From NCBI RefSeq assembly GCF_001194135.2, contig NC_069004.1, forward strand, positions 979,610-1,043,609: a stretch of 64,000 nt of DNA, in the 5' to 3' direction. The notes below the pieces were generated by a model. The model made no database searches. It worked only from the letters and a program-made list of their open reading frames with translations, and was not told where the DNA came from. The DNA is from Octopus bimaculoides. Lineage: Eukaryota. The position numbers and the translations under genes were made by a program. Below, piece by piece: positions 1-13,700 of this stretch. Position 1 is the stretch's first letter, and the number at the start of each line of letters is the position of its first letter.

Positions 1-304
1 GGGGGGGGGGGAGAGAAACACTAGTTCTGATAGCAGTCCAATGTGTATGCATATTTATATCCATATCGTAGATTTTTTGTCCCAGTGGTCATCTTTGTCA
101 CTCGTCTCCAACGATGGAATTGAACCAAGCCACAATTGCTTCTTCTGTCTTCTCTGCACACAGCCATCAACAATGTGCATGAGCACATAAGACAAATACA
201 TGCACACATACAAACACATGCGCGCACACACACATACACACGTTGACATTAGATTCCACTGGGGTGAGGTCTTTCATTTTTTTTTTGTTTTTGTTTATTT
301 TTTT

Positions 305-342
<38 letters not shown>

Positions 343-430
343 TCCAGTTGGTAGTAAAGGAGACTGTGTTGAATAGGACTATTTCTCAAGTCATCAGGTC
401 TACTTCGTCAGCAGCTAATGTCCACTCGGC

Positions 431-1767
431 TTAATCATCATCGTCATCTTCAGATTCTTCTTCAGCTTGTTCCAACCATGTCAGCCACTGATTGACCTAC
501 AACAGAACAACAAAAATGAAAAGAAAGAACGAAAAAGAGAAACAAAAAATGTGAGCTCAGAAAGACAAAGCAAATTCAAAATTACTCAAAAGAGCCAAAA
601 ATAAAAAAAAGAATAAAAGGCTAAGTTAATTACCTGAAAGAGGGCCTTTCCTTTGCCAGGGTATTCATCATTGATATCTTCCTTCCATTTTAGGAATGCT
701 TCCTCTTCAATAATCTCCATATCGTAGAAATGCATAAAGAATCGCCGTAACATATCTGCAAGAAAATTAAAGAAAATAAGAAAAAAAAATCACAGAAATC
801 ACTTTCCATATTGATTTCGTCTTTTAGGTCAATATTTCTTAATTTCTGCAAGGGCATGTGTGGCTAAGAAGTTAGCTTCCCAACAACATGGTTTCAGGTT
901 CAGCCCTATTGCATGACACCTTAAGCAAGTGTCTTCAATTATAGCCCTGGACCAATCAAAGCCTCGGGTGGATTCGGCAGAAATCCATTGTCTCCAGGTT
1001 TTGCTCAATGGTTTATAACCAATGGCCTTACTACAGCATCATTTGTTTGTGAAGTCCACTATAAAAGCATTTCCAGGCTTCACTGTGTTGTGTGATCACT
1101 TCACTTGTTTACAGGTGGGAGTTGGCCACAGGAAGAGGATCTGTCCAGACATTCCCCTCTGACCCATGCAAGCATGAAAAAGTAGATGTGATGATAAAAT
1201 AGACAAAACCTCAAAACAAAATAAAACCTCAACATTTAGACTCTTGTACGGCTAAAATCAACTTTACATCAAACATGGAATAAATTGTAAGCAATGACTT
1301 ACTTTTTGGAAACTGGTTGATATAACAAAACACCTGAGATGCATATAGGGCAACAACTTGAAGGTCTATGTGGTCATGAAGAAATTGCTGAAGGACAACC
1401 TACAAAAAAAAAAAGGGGACAACAATGATTAGTTTACTTTCATGAGTAAAATACATTCCAGAAACCTTAAAATTTAAATGACGCTGAGTATATTGTTTAA
1501 TCTGAAACTATTTTCGAAATCTTATTTTCTCTCTCTCTCTTGACAGGATTTGAAACAAGAACAAAAATCAGAGTTTATCATTCAAATGTTTGCCCTCACT
1601 GATATTAGAGCTAATTAAATACAATTGGAGAAAACAAAAAGAAGAGAAATCTTACTTTTAGTTTATCCAACATGTCTTTTTCTTTCTCAACCAAATGTTT
1701 TTCTGGTGGTATACTGGGGTCACAATTTTCTGATAATGTTGATGCCTTTGTAATATATTTTAGAATG
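431..1767 (-). CDS. EIF4G2: EIF4G2 W2-domain exons 1767-1656, 1399-1303, 755-634 and 496-431
   Basis: LQVVALYASQVFCY..FPK, FYDMEIIEEEAFLKWKED, GKALFQVNQWLTWLEQAEEE and an acidic tail; stop TAA at 433-431. Confidence 0.96.
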
Positions 1768-4700
1768 CTGAAAATAAAATTTAAAAAAATATTGTAAATA
1801 TATTTGGGAAACAGTTACAATCATCAATTGCAACAATTTAAAAAAAAAGGAGAGAGAAGAGCTGCTTTCAAATAGCAATTATTAATCTTATCTGAAATTA
1901 CTGTACAAAGATTACTACAGACAATGAGATTAAGTTTTTTAATATTCTCTTTAGAGAACTTTGGAAGAAAAATTATTCACCATTAGCAAAACCGAATAAT
2001 TTGTTCACAAAGACTGAAGGGAAAGATTTTATGTTAAATTCTCCTGTGAAACATTTTCAATCATTCTTTTACTTGTCATTGGACTGCAACCAAGCTGGAG
2101 CACTGCCTTGAGGGGGTTTAGTCCAATAAATTGCCCCCAGGACTTACTCTCTGCCTGATACATATTCTAGCAGTCACTTTGTGCCAAACCATTTACTGAA
2201 ATGTAAACAAACTGATGCCAGTTGTCAAATGGTGGGTAGGGCAAACACAGTTGCATATGCATACACACAGACACACACAAAGCTTCCAGTTTCTCGCTAC
2301 CAACATTCACTCACAGGGGGTGCTGAACCCCAAGACTATGAGGTTGCAAAGCGAACTTGTTAACCACACAACTATGCCTGTGACAATTGTGGAACAAGAT
2401 CACCTTGTGAGAAACACTCTAGGTGTATTTTAAATAGAGAGAAATTAAAAAAAAAAAAAGATATTAAAACAATGTCTTCTAACCTTGTGGTAAGAATATT
2501 AACAAAACCAGGGCTTTGGTGCAGGTCATTCTGCACTTTGTCCTTGATCCATTTAAAAATTGCTGTGGCACTGGGGTCAGTCTGGATTTGTTTCCAAAGT
2601 TCAGATTGAATACGGAGAAGAGGAAATAGAAAGCTAAGACCCCTGTCTTCTAAAATCTCCATCATTTTCTCTTTACTCTGGTCGTTTTCTTGGTTGAGAG
2701 AGGAAGAAGAAAAAAGAGTATCTGGAGTCAAAAGTACGCAACATCACCATAAGTTTATAATTCTCATTTCACTGAGAACTAAATGAAATAAACTTCTTGA
2801 AACTAGGCTTCTTAATAAACCATTGTCCTCAATAAATGAACTAGAACATATTTGAAATGTAAAGTATTAAATATCAAGCATTATAAGATTCTATTTGAGA
2901 CAGAAAAAGAGAAACAAGCCACTGAGAGGATTGCATACCATACAACTGATTGTATACTAGACACTCAGTAAATTCTAAAGTGCACCCTGCCATTTCAATA
3001 CACAGAATGCCTTATTATAACAAACATAACATGGTGACCTCTCTCGTGGTACAAAAGTGTATAAGTACCATGATAAGTAATAATAATAATATATGGTTCA
3101 GACGGTTGTCTTTTCTGTCTTGAATATCTTAATGTATAAAAGAATTTACACATTAATCATAATGAATTAAGTAAAATAATTTCATGATCATAAAATAGAT
3201 TCATTATATAAAAATCTAAATTACAACTTGAAAATTTCAACCAACAAAAGGAAAAAAAACAAACAAAAAAACCGAAAAAACCCAAACCGTTTGGCCTTAC
3301 CAGGTAACATGTCTTGCAGGTTTATCTTACTTTCATTGAAGACATTCACTAGCCATTCTTTGTCCTTCTGCTTGTGCATTTGTTGTAGAGAAATAAGGAA
3401 GAGTGGATAGTGGGCTCCTTTGTCCAAAACTTCAGCGAGATCCGATAGGCTGATAACATTCCCTCCTATCGCATGCGCTGCATAACTGGCCACATAGGAT
3501 TTAATCAATGGAACGTCAGTCTCCAGTTCTTGAAGTTTCTCAAGCAGGCTGCGGTAAGCCTACAACAGACATCATAAAATACAATCAACATGTGCACAAA
3601 AAAAAAAAAAAAAAAAAATTGATAAAAAGCCATAAGAATAAAGCATTCTTTCACAAAATGACAAATTCTTGACATTTTTACTAAAATGTTAGAAACTTTC
3701 AAACATTTTAGTAAAAATGTCAAGAATTTGTCATTTTGNNNNNNNNNNNNNNNNNNNNNNNNNNNNNNNNNNNNNNNNNNNNNNNNNNNNNTATTAAACA
3801 TTTTATGAAGCGAGAGGTTTTTTGTGGATAAAACTATAAACCATGTAAGTAATAACATCCTTCATTTATGGTGGTAATAATGATTTTATAAATGTAAACA
3901 TTAAACAGCTTGAAAAATATTAATCTTTACTTACTCCCATAAAAGTTTCTGATGTTACAAGGTTTTCTGGTTTCATGCCAACTATAAGATTCATGACTTT
4001 CTCTCTTTCAGTATCTGGAAAATAAAGTGAAAACTTCTTTTAAAACATTAAACAAGGGAAGCACATTCAACCTTTCAATGTCCAGCTTATCGTTGGTTTA
4101 CATTGTTTTCAGCTAATTGTGCATTACCTATCTTATAGCTTCCAAGATTTCAATGATATAATTGTTTATATTTAGAGTGACATTGTAGAGTAGTTGTGAG
4201 AGGTAATCCCTTGCTTTCAACAATTACAATTAATATAGTTATTGTAGCTATCGTTAGAAATACAATTATAAATACTCACCCGATTTGTCCACATTGTTTA
4301 ACATCATTTTGTAAATGCTATCGGAGATAAACCTGAAATTAAATTTATATAAACTTAATATTTTCTTTTTTTTTTTTTATGGTGAAATGTAATAGGAACA
4401 GATTTTAGAACAAACACCAAATTTATTGACAAACAATTACAAACGAACTTAGCTAGAATCAAACAATTATGTACAAGAGTTATAAATAAGCCAGGACTTG
4501 GAATAAATCTTGTGAAGAATTTAAATTACAAACAGGTCACCACCAGCACTCTACCCAGTCTTTTGTCCTCCTTTATACTCTTTACATCAACACAAAAGTT
4601 TAAGTCTGGTTATAAATTGGGTAATATATACCATGTATATCGCTTTTACAGCAAGACACCAATTCCTGACCCTCCACCCCATACTCTAAACCCCTCATCA

Positions 4701-7700
4701 CCTGTCATACAAGTGACTTGGTGACCTCACTGGTATCAGTGCCATGCAAAAACCATCCACTACCCACTGTAAAGTGGTTGGCACAGAAACCAGGACAAAG
4801 CAGACACAGGAGCGTGATAGCTTCTTTCAAACCATCCAACTGGAATGAAACAGTAATGCAAAAAGATTCCCTCCGCTGATCAAATGACAATATAAAGGAA
4901 GCCTGTGCGAGTGACGCTACATGAATGGTGAAGGACAAAGACCCAAATATAGCAGTGCATTAATATCAATTTATTCTAGATTAATTAACAGATTAAACGC
5001 TCCTAATTAGATAATCCATCAATAATTAGTAGGTTATAAAAATCAACATGTATACTTACTTATTTGGAGCATTCAAATCTTTAATTGCACTGGTTGCTAC
5101 TTGAACATCTCCAGAATTAAAGTAATCATCAAGTAAGGAAGTCTTCAAAAGGAGAAATGAAACAATATTTACTGATGTAAAGAACAAACAAAGCAAGCAA
5201 CAGAAATATTTACACAATTATTCCACACGTTTTCTTACACTATGTGGTGTAAGTTTTCTTAAATATACATTTATTTCTATTCACTTCTATTCGCGAAAAG
5301 TTCTATGTCCCAAGTCTCCAAGCTAACCATTTCCTTGGCTTATATACTTTTTGAACATCAGAATTTTTTCAAAATGACCAAATTTTTTCAAAATGACCAA
5401 ATTTTCAGCCATAATACAATTATGTCTGCTTTGGTTTCTAAAATCAATTACAACAACTATTACAGGTTATGGTGTGTGTGTGTGGTAGCTTTATAAATTT
5501 GTGAGTGAATACCTTCAGATGTGGATAAAATCACTGGTCTCTGACCTACAACACAGCTCTTGCTTATGGCTACCAGAAGTCAGCAAGCAAAACCAACAAC
5601 CATTTTACATACAGTTTTATAATTATTACATAACCACAACAAAAACAATTTCTAAACTAATATTACTGAGGCTGTGCAATATAGAAGTCAAAAATGCTAG
5701 ATAATGAAAAGAAAACTTACCATGCTGTTTTCAAGCTCCTTTTTGGTAAGTGGTGCTTTTTTGACTGATTTAGATTTTTCTGGATTAGCTTGCTTGATGG
5801 TAATTTGAGGCTGAAAATTTAATGAGATATCATTTAAATACATATCTACACTGATATAAATAGATGCATATGAAGAATGACAAATAAAAACAATGAAATA
5901 ATAAAGCTTAAAATAAATTATAAAGCTAGGTGCAGGCATGGCTGCATGGTTAAGAAGTTCAGTTTCCAACCACAGGGTTTTGGGTTCAGTCCTACAGCAT
6001 GGCAACTTGAGGAAAGTGTTTTAGTATAGCCTCAGATTGACCCAAAACTTGTGGATCAATTTGGTAGACAGATAGTGAAAGAAGCCCAGTGTGTGTTGGG
6101 TTGGCAACAAGAAGAGCCTCTGGCCATAGAAAATCTGCCTCAACAAATTCCATCCTACCCATGTTAAGTATAGAATTTTGCATATTCCATGAAAGGCCAG
6201 AACAGGTTCTCCAGCCAAAACTTAATATTTGATGCTGATACAAGAGTGGCAGTACTTTCAGCTTAATTCTGACCTCAACTGCACAAAATGGAATCAAAAT
6301 TCTCCGTATTTGTGCTTATGATGTGTCAATACAGATTACCTAAACATTAAGAGTTTAAAATGTTAATCCAAATTCTTGCCTGCTTGTTTATCAAGTGTGG
6401 ATTAGGATTTGATCCCATGTCATATAATGGAGGCTGGAAAGTTGTTTGTGGCGTCCCAATCAAAGGACGAACAGGCTTAGACAGCATGTTTGGCACTGAT
6501 GGACGTAACATGTTAAATGGCTTGTATGGTCGAAGGTTGATGTCTTCAGGTCCTGAGTTTGGTTTTTCCGGTACAACTGGTGGCTGCATGTTCATTCGCA
6601 TAAATCTTTGCGGCAAATCTCTTCCAGGTGCTGAAAAGGCTGGCAAGAGAATGAAAATATTTAAATTAAATATTCCTTCACTTTTGTAATCATTATCTGA
6701 TACAGATGAAAAAAATCTGAAGAGACATTTATTATTATTCTTAAGAAGGGCTGATTATATGCAAAACACATGCGAAATATATTTTCTAAGTGCAATCTTC
6801 AGTGTGATCAGTAAATATCTGATTGAACAAAGGGAAAGTATTTTACATTTAAGCATTTTACCTGGCGTGCTCACCCCCTTTAATAATAATACTACAAGTG
6901 GCTTGTTAAATAAAATAGGCGAAAGAAACTGACCTGGTGTCCTTTGCACAGAGCTTAAAGGCGGCTGTGCCAATAATGGTGATTGCATTGGTGCCAATGG
7001 AAGAGATTGGTGGTTTTGTTGAGTTTGAAACATCGGTGGTGTTGATGTTTGTTGTGGGTTGACTCGTCTGGTAGATCTGGGGCTGGTACCTGTACCAACA
7101 CCACCCATTCCAAATCCAATGCTGTTTCCAACTGGACCACCCGCACTATTGTCTTGCATGCGTCTATTGTTGAACTGATTGGAAAAGTTACCTACAAAGA
7201 AAATGACAGGAATGTCTGCAAGATTAATATTTGCTTTCTTCCATTGTTTATTAGTTGAATGAAACCCTAATTTACAGAGAAATGTTTATTTTTGTTTATT
7301 TTGCGATTTGCATCATTTAGCATAGTACAAGAAAAGAAAACCAATGTGAAACCATATATGATTCTAAGATACAAACTTCTTGTTTTTAAAGCGATTCAAA
7401 TTAAAAACTATCAAGATTTCAGATTAATTCACGTTCCATACACCAACTTGATTTTTTTTTTTAATAAGGACAAAAACGTTTTACTAAATTCCTCATTATT
7501 TTCAAAATCAAGTGAAACAAAGTCTACATATTTCAACAAAAATATGAGAACAAAACGGTTTAAGAAACGTTTTGTAATCTCACTAAACTGGCCAGACAGG
7601 TTCACAAAGAAGATTCCAAGTCGACACCATTTGTAAGACAGTGACATTTGTTTAAAATCAAAGCACAATGCCAAGACAAGGAGACACTTATGCACACACG

Positions 7701-10700
7701 TCCCTATACACAATGGGCTTCTTGACAGTCCCTGTCAAGCAGATTCATTGTCAAAGCACTTGTTAGCCCAGGGTTACAACAAAAGAAACTTGCCCAAAGT
7801 GCAATGCAATGGGACTGAGCTTGAAACCACGTGGTTGTTGTAAAATGGACATCTTAACCACACAACCATGCCTACTTTGGTCCTCACTCATCAGTTTCTG
7901 CCTCTCAGCAAAGAAAAAAGAAAAGACCCACATTGAAGTAAGACAATCAAGGCTACAAATATAATAAAACAGCTGGAACGCTGTCATTGGATAATATTAA
8001 TTTTAAATACATGGTATCAAAATGATGCCAAGAAAAATTTGAATAATCTCACATTCGAAAAAGGGAAATCCACTCACCTGGTGTTGGCTGACTACCTCTC
8101 CTGCCCATATTCATAGAATAACCGGACAAAAATCCATCTGCTTGAATTACACCTGGCCCAGTACCAATGTTATCTACAAGAGAAAACATGTCCAAAATGA
8201 GCAATTTTTCTCCACCATTACGATACGGAACACCTGAATCAGAATAAACAAAACTAAAGAGTCAATAGGCTTTTAGTTATGAGAATGACTAATTGGGTCA
8301 GCAGCTCTTAAAAATTTTGGAAAAAGGAGGAAGAGGAGAAAACATTAATTCCATTCTCCTTCTAGATTAATCAATGCTGTCTTTTACCACTATCTGACAT
8401 GTTTACAACCTCAGAAATTAAATGATTTGGTTAAAAATCCACTAAATGTATTATTTATGATCTTAGTTCATTTGAAAATCAGTCAGGGTCACTGTTCTTA
8501 AAAGGCTAAACATTCCAAGAACACAAAGTTAACACCAAAAGCATTTACCTGGTGAAATCACTAATTTTAGTAACACAATTTACATTATTAGATATCTTTG
8601 TTAAACATATTCCAGATTTGTTATACTTACTAAGCAATCCAGTAGGGGCAGCACTGAATATGTCTGCCAATCCCCCTCTGTGGCATGGTCCCATATTTCC
8701 GTTCATCATGCGTGATCCAAACAAACCACCAGTAGGCCCACCAGTACGCCCCGATCCATCTGGAAGACCAAGGTATATTCCAAACTCCTAGGGAAAAAGT
8801 TAGAAAGGGAAATATAAAACTAAAGATACATAACATCAGAACATTTCAATACTTGGGTGGGGTGAAATATTTTATCCCAGAAATAATATTGATTCTGTTG
8901 CCTTTTTTGTTTGTTCCTAACTGCACATTATTTTTCAAAACTTTGGGTTAGGTTACGTCTTCAGAATCATCTATATATGTAGCTAAAGAGAGCTCAAAGT
9001 CCCATGTTTTCTCAAGACAAGTATATAAATAAAGGAGAAGTAACTCCTGCCTTAAGATTCATTCAGTTATTTTTTCATTATAACAAGCAGAATTTGCTCA
9101 ACTTTCTTATTGCTTTTATAATTTCCAAATTAGGTTTACAAGAGACAGATTGTTAAGTCATTAAAATGAGAGTTCAAATTTATTACTAGACACAGCAATT
9201 CTCAATTATATCATTATTTATTTATTTTACTTTTTTAATAANNNNNNNNNNNNNNNNNNNNNNNNNNNNNNNNNNNNNNNNNNNNNNNNNNNNNNNNNNN
9301 NNNNNNNNNNNNNNNNNNNNNNNNNNNNNNNNNNNNNNNNNNNNNNNNNNNNNNNNNNNNNNNNNNNNNNNNNNNNNNNNNNNNNNNNNNNNNNNNNNNN
9401 NNNNNNNNNNNNNNNNNNNNNNNNNNNNNNNNNNNNNNNNNNNNNNNNNNNNNNNNNNNNNNNNNNNNNNNNNNNNNNNNNNNNNNNNNNNNNNNNNNNN
9501 NNNNNNNNNNNNNNNNNNNNNNNNNNNNNNNNNNNNNNNNNNNNNNNNNNNNNNNNNNNNNNNNNNNNNNNNNNNNNNNNNNNNNNNNNNNNNNNNNNNN
9601 NNNNNNNNNNNNNNNNNNNNNNNNNNNNNNNNNNNNNNNNNNNNNNNNNNNNNNNNNNNNNNNNNNNNNNNNNNNNNNNNNNNNNNNNNNNNNNNNNNNN
9701 NNNNNNNNNNNNNNNNNNNNNNNNNNNNNNNNNNNNNNNNNNNNNNNNNNNNNNNNNNNNAAAAAAAAAAAAAAAAAAAAAAGTTAATATATATAAGTAA
9801 AGGCGTTACAGACAGATGATTCTCCATTAGCTACAAATTAACATATTTTTAATTTCCGGTAAAAAAATCTAACATCATTAGGTTCCCTAATTAACTATCT
9901 ACAAATAACAGTTTCAAAACTATTGAAATAGAGAGTGGGTATATTGAAAGAGTTTTCTCACTATCTCATAGTCCTGACCATATTAAGTTAATTATAAATG
10001 TTAGTTCTATTAACCTAGAATGGAGTTAGTTAATATAGCCAAAATTTAGTATCAAGTAAGGACCCAGCACTCAAATTTCTTACGTTGGATTTTCGGTGAC
10101 AACTAGAAGAGATTATATTAGAAGTCAACACAAGATTATTGATAACAATATACAAGGAAGATGATCCATTTTGCAGCAGTATGGTAATCAGAAACAGTAG
10201 AAATATAAAGAAAAAGAACAATAATTACCTTAGCCTCAAGAGAGTCAAGGCGTCGGCCTACAGTACGGATTATCTGGCACAAACACTCCAAGTCCTCAGC
10301 CATATCTTTAACGGGGACGTTTTTCTTCTTTTCCAGAAGCTGCTTGATGCATTTGTGCAAAATGCCCTCGTGCAGCATCTCCAGTTTGCCAAGTTCACCT
10401 GCAATTCATTTATATTAAGATATCATTACTTTTATTCACTTGTTGTTGACATATTTAGTATAAAAGTATTTATTAATATGAAGATGTTTGTTACAGCCAA
10501 TCTAATTATCTCATTTGATCTTGCACTTAATTGACAGTAATTAGAAAAAGTGGGTTACCAAAATAAAATAGAAAAACTTTTTTTGAATTTTTATTAGTTA
10601 ACCTAAAAAGCTTGAGGCCCATGATGATGCAGGGGCTATGAGTTAAGGGTCTTGAGCTCAAAATCATTAGACTGCAGATTGCTTCTCGCACCAGACAATA

Positions 10701-13700
10701 TGCTGTGGCTTTGAGCAAGATAAAGCACTTCCACTTTACATTGCTTCAGTCCATTCGGCTAAAACTGAATACCAGCAATTGGATGTGGGGAGCAACAAGT
10801 AGGCATCCTATTAGGGGGAGGGAGTGAAGTTGTGCTCTCAAGGCTACGGAAACTAGAATAGGCTCCAGTTTAATGGACCCAGAGGTACAAACTGGTTCAC
10901 AGCTTAATATAAACACATTACTTGTAAAAGGGGATCCATCAATCCATTTACAAAACAGAAAACCACACATAATACGATTTTAAACAGAGAATAAAATATT
11001 AATGGAGTTTAAATTTTTTGTTTTTTTATACAACCAAGAACAAACACATTTTACTTAAGCAAAACGTGATAAATAAATATGAAATATTTCAACTAACCAA
11101 TAAATTTGATGTTGCCCAGCATTTTCTGTTTAGCCAGATGGTATTGCTCTGCTTCATCATCATTGAGGGGGCCATCTTTCTTATCAAATGCTGAAAATAA
11201 ATAACTTTCAAATTAACAAAATGCATCTTTAAAATGATGGTTGGGATGAAAGACAGGATATATAAATGTTATCAGACATTTGGGTCTCATATTCCAATGT
11301 CAGCTTAGGCGTGGTTTCTATAGCTAGACGACCCTACCTAAAGCCACATCTCAAATTCTATTTAACCAACCAGAGAAAAATTTGAAAAGTCAAAAATTAT
11401 AATCTCTCACATTTTAAATACAAACACACACAATGTAAAAAAAAAAGAAAAAAAGTTGCTTACCTTCGGTAGCACGGGATCGGTTTTCAAATTCATCCTG
11501 GCACTTATTTAAGAGTAGACGTCGAAAAGTCTAAAAATATTAATGCAAAACAAAGTTACAGAAGCAAACTAAACCAACATTAGTCATAACAATTATTAGA
11601 ATTTGTGAAAACTATCGAAAGCAACAAACTTTGAATGATAGACTTTAGATGTATTTTAAATATGAAAAAGAAAATTATTATTTAAAAATAATGATTTAAT
11701 AAAGAACAGGAGGATAGAAGAGAACGAAAATGAGAGTAAAACTTACAATAGTTTTAGAGGAAGAGTGATCAAAATTTGGAGCGTCCTTACAAAGACGGTG
11801 ACATAGCTGTGCATAAAGTGAACTATATTTTGGCTCATCTAAGGCTTTTTCGAAGATCTGTAAAAATCAAAGAGAAGTGGGTTATTTTTCTAACTGATCT
11901 TGTCTAACATGAAAAGAAAAATAAACAAAATAGATTTCAATGCTTTTTTTTTCTTTTTTTAAATCCAGCATTGACAAAGATAACACAGACAAAATTCTTT
12001 CAGAATCTGAAGTAATCGGAACCAATTCACAATGGTAATTATCTGAAAATCTGAGTTTTAAAAAACACATTAAGTTTGTCGTATTTGTGAACCTTAAAAA
12101 AATAAATTTGTATTCACCGAATTCAAATAAATTTAAGCATTTTCTACTTTAAAATAATTACATATGGTTATGTAATCCCACACCTACAAGATTGGAATAA
12201 ATTCATTAAAAAAATATTTTTTTTTACATATATTGTTAGTGTTATTCATTCCAAAGGCCAGAAGTAGGAGGGGATAGAGCAGTAGTAGTAGTTCATTGTT
12301 ACTGTACGTCTACATCATACCTTGAAAACAGTCCACTAATTCAGTTCACACTGAATAAACCAAGATATAAACTGCTTTTTTAATTTCTTTAATCCTAACA
12401 ACAGCCCCACAGCCCTATGCTTCCATTTTTTTAAAATAAATCTCAATTCAACAAAGTAACATTAAATCTGACATTAAAACTGAAAACTTTTTTTTTTTCT
12501 TTAACAAATAGTCAATGTTAATCCAGTTATTTTAAGCTAGATTAAGTTTTAAGCTTTTTTTAAAAAAAACAATCTGATTAAGTAACAAGAATTTTAAAAT
12601 CCATTTCCTTTTATTTCTTCGGTCAATGTTCTAAATTATTTTTCATCCATTTCCATGCTATTAGCAGGAACAGAATTTAAACCACTTGGACAATGTTCAT
12701 ACAAATACGTTTAAACTTGGGATCTTCCATTAATCATTGAATCATCTAGAATAGGCATCTTTTGATTAACAAGAAGGCAAGTAATCTGCACTGCTCCAGG
12801 ATAAAACTGATTAGAGCTAGTTTTCGTAACTAGTGACTACATGATCAAGTAGCACAGCAATTGTGCCAGTGTGAAAACTTGCTTCTCAATCAAACAGCTT
12901 TTATCTATTTCCACCTGTCCATGCCAACCTATCTACTCTGAAGTGTGTTGATGTGTAAAACATTCCATCACAAATTTATAAGAACATACTACAAAGTTAT
13001 GTTTCAAACACCATTTTAAAGTTTATTTCACTAAATTCTCATTAAATTCTTTATAATTTCCAAAATTATCTGAAAAACAATATTAAAAATACAAGAAGAA
13101 TTACATTCAAATTCAAGAAACAAAAAAAAAAATCTATAATTAAACAAATACATTTGTCCTTACCAGAAGAATAATTCCCTTAAGGATGAGCTGGGAGTCA
13201 ATACCAACATTTAGAAGCTCCAAACTTAACTTATCAAACTTCTCCGGAGTAAGTTTATTGAGAATTCTACAAAAATAAAAAATAAAAATTTTTTGTTTGT
13301 AAAATTACATTTAGTAATTAACTATTCAATCAAGTAAAACAGTCAGAACCAATTTGACTCTTTAGCATTCAGATTATTGTCAAATGTAATGCTTCTTTAT
13401 ATATATTGTTTTGAATTAATCATGCATTATCTTATAATCTTATAGCCTCAAGATTTCAACTATATGATTAATCATTTTTAGTATGACATTATAAGGGTAG
13501 GATCTGGCTAGTTCGAGCCAAATGAGACCAGATTAAATGCTGAAGTGTTAAAGCAGATTTTCAAATATCAAGTTTTATCTTGCTTCTCCCTTCAAAATCA
13601 CTCAAAGAGATGAAATATAGAAAAAAAATCCTTTTTCTATTGCTTAAAAAAAGGTATTAAAATTTAATTAACCGCAAGGGTGTATCCACCACAATTTCCC

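Noticed and set aside
9222-9827. Long ORFs running through N gaps (also 52214..52923 and 57482..58481)
   Set aside because: Artefacts of unknown bases.
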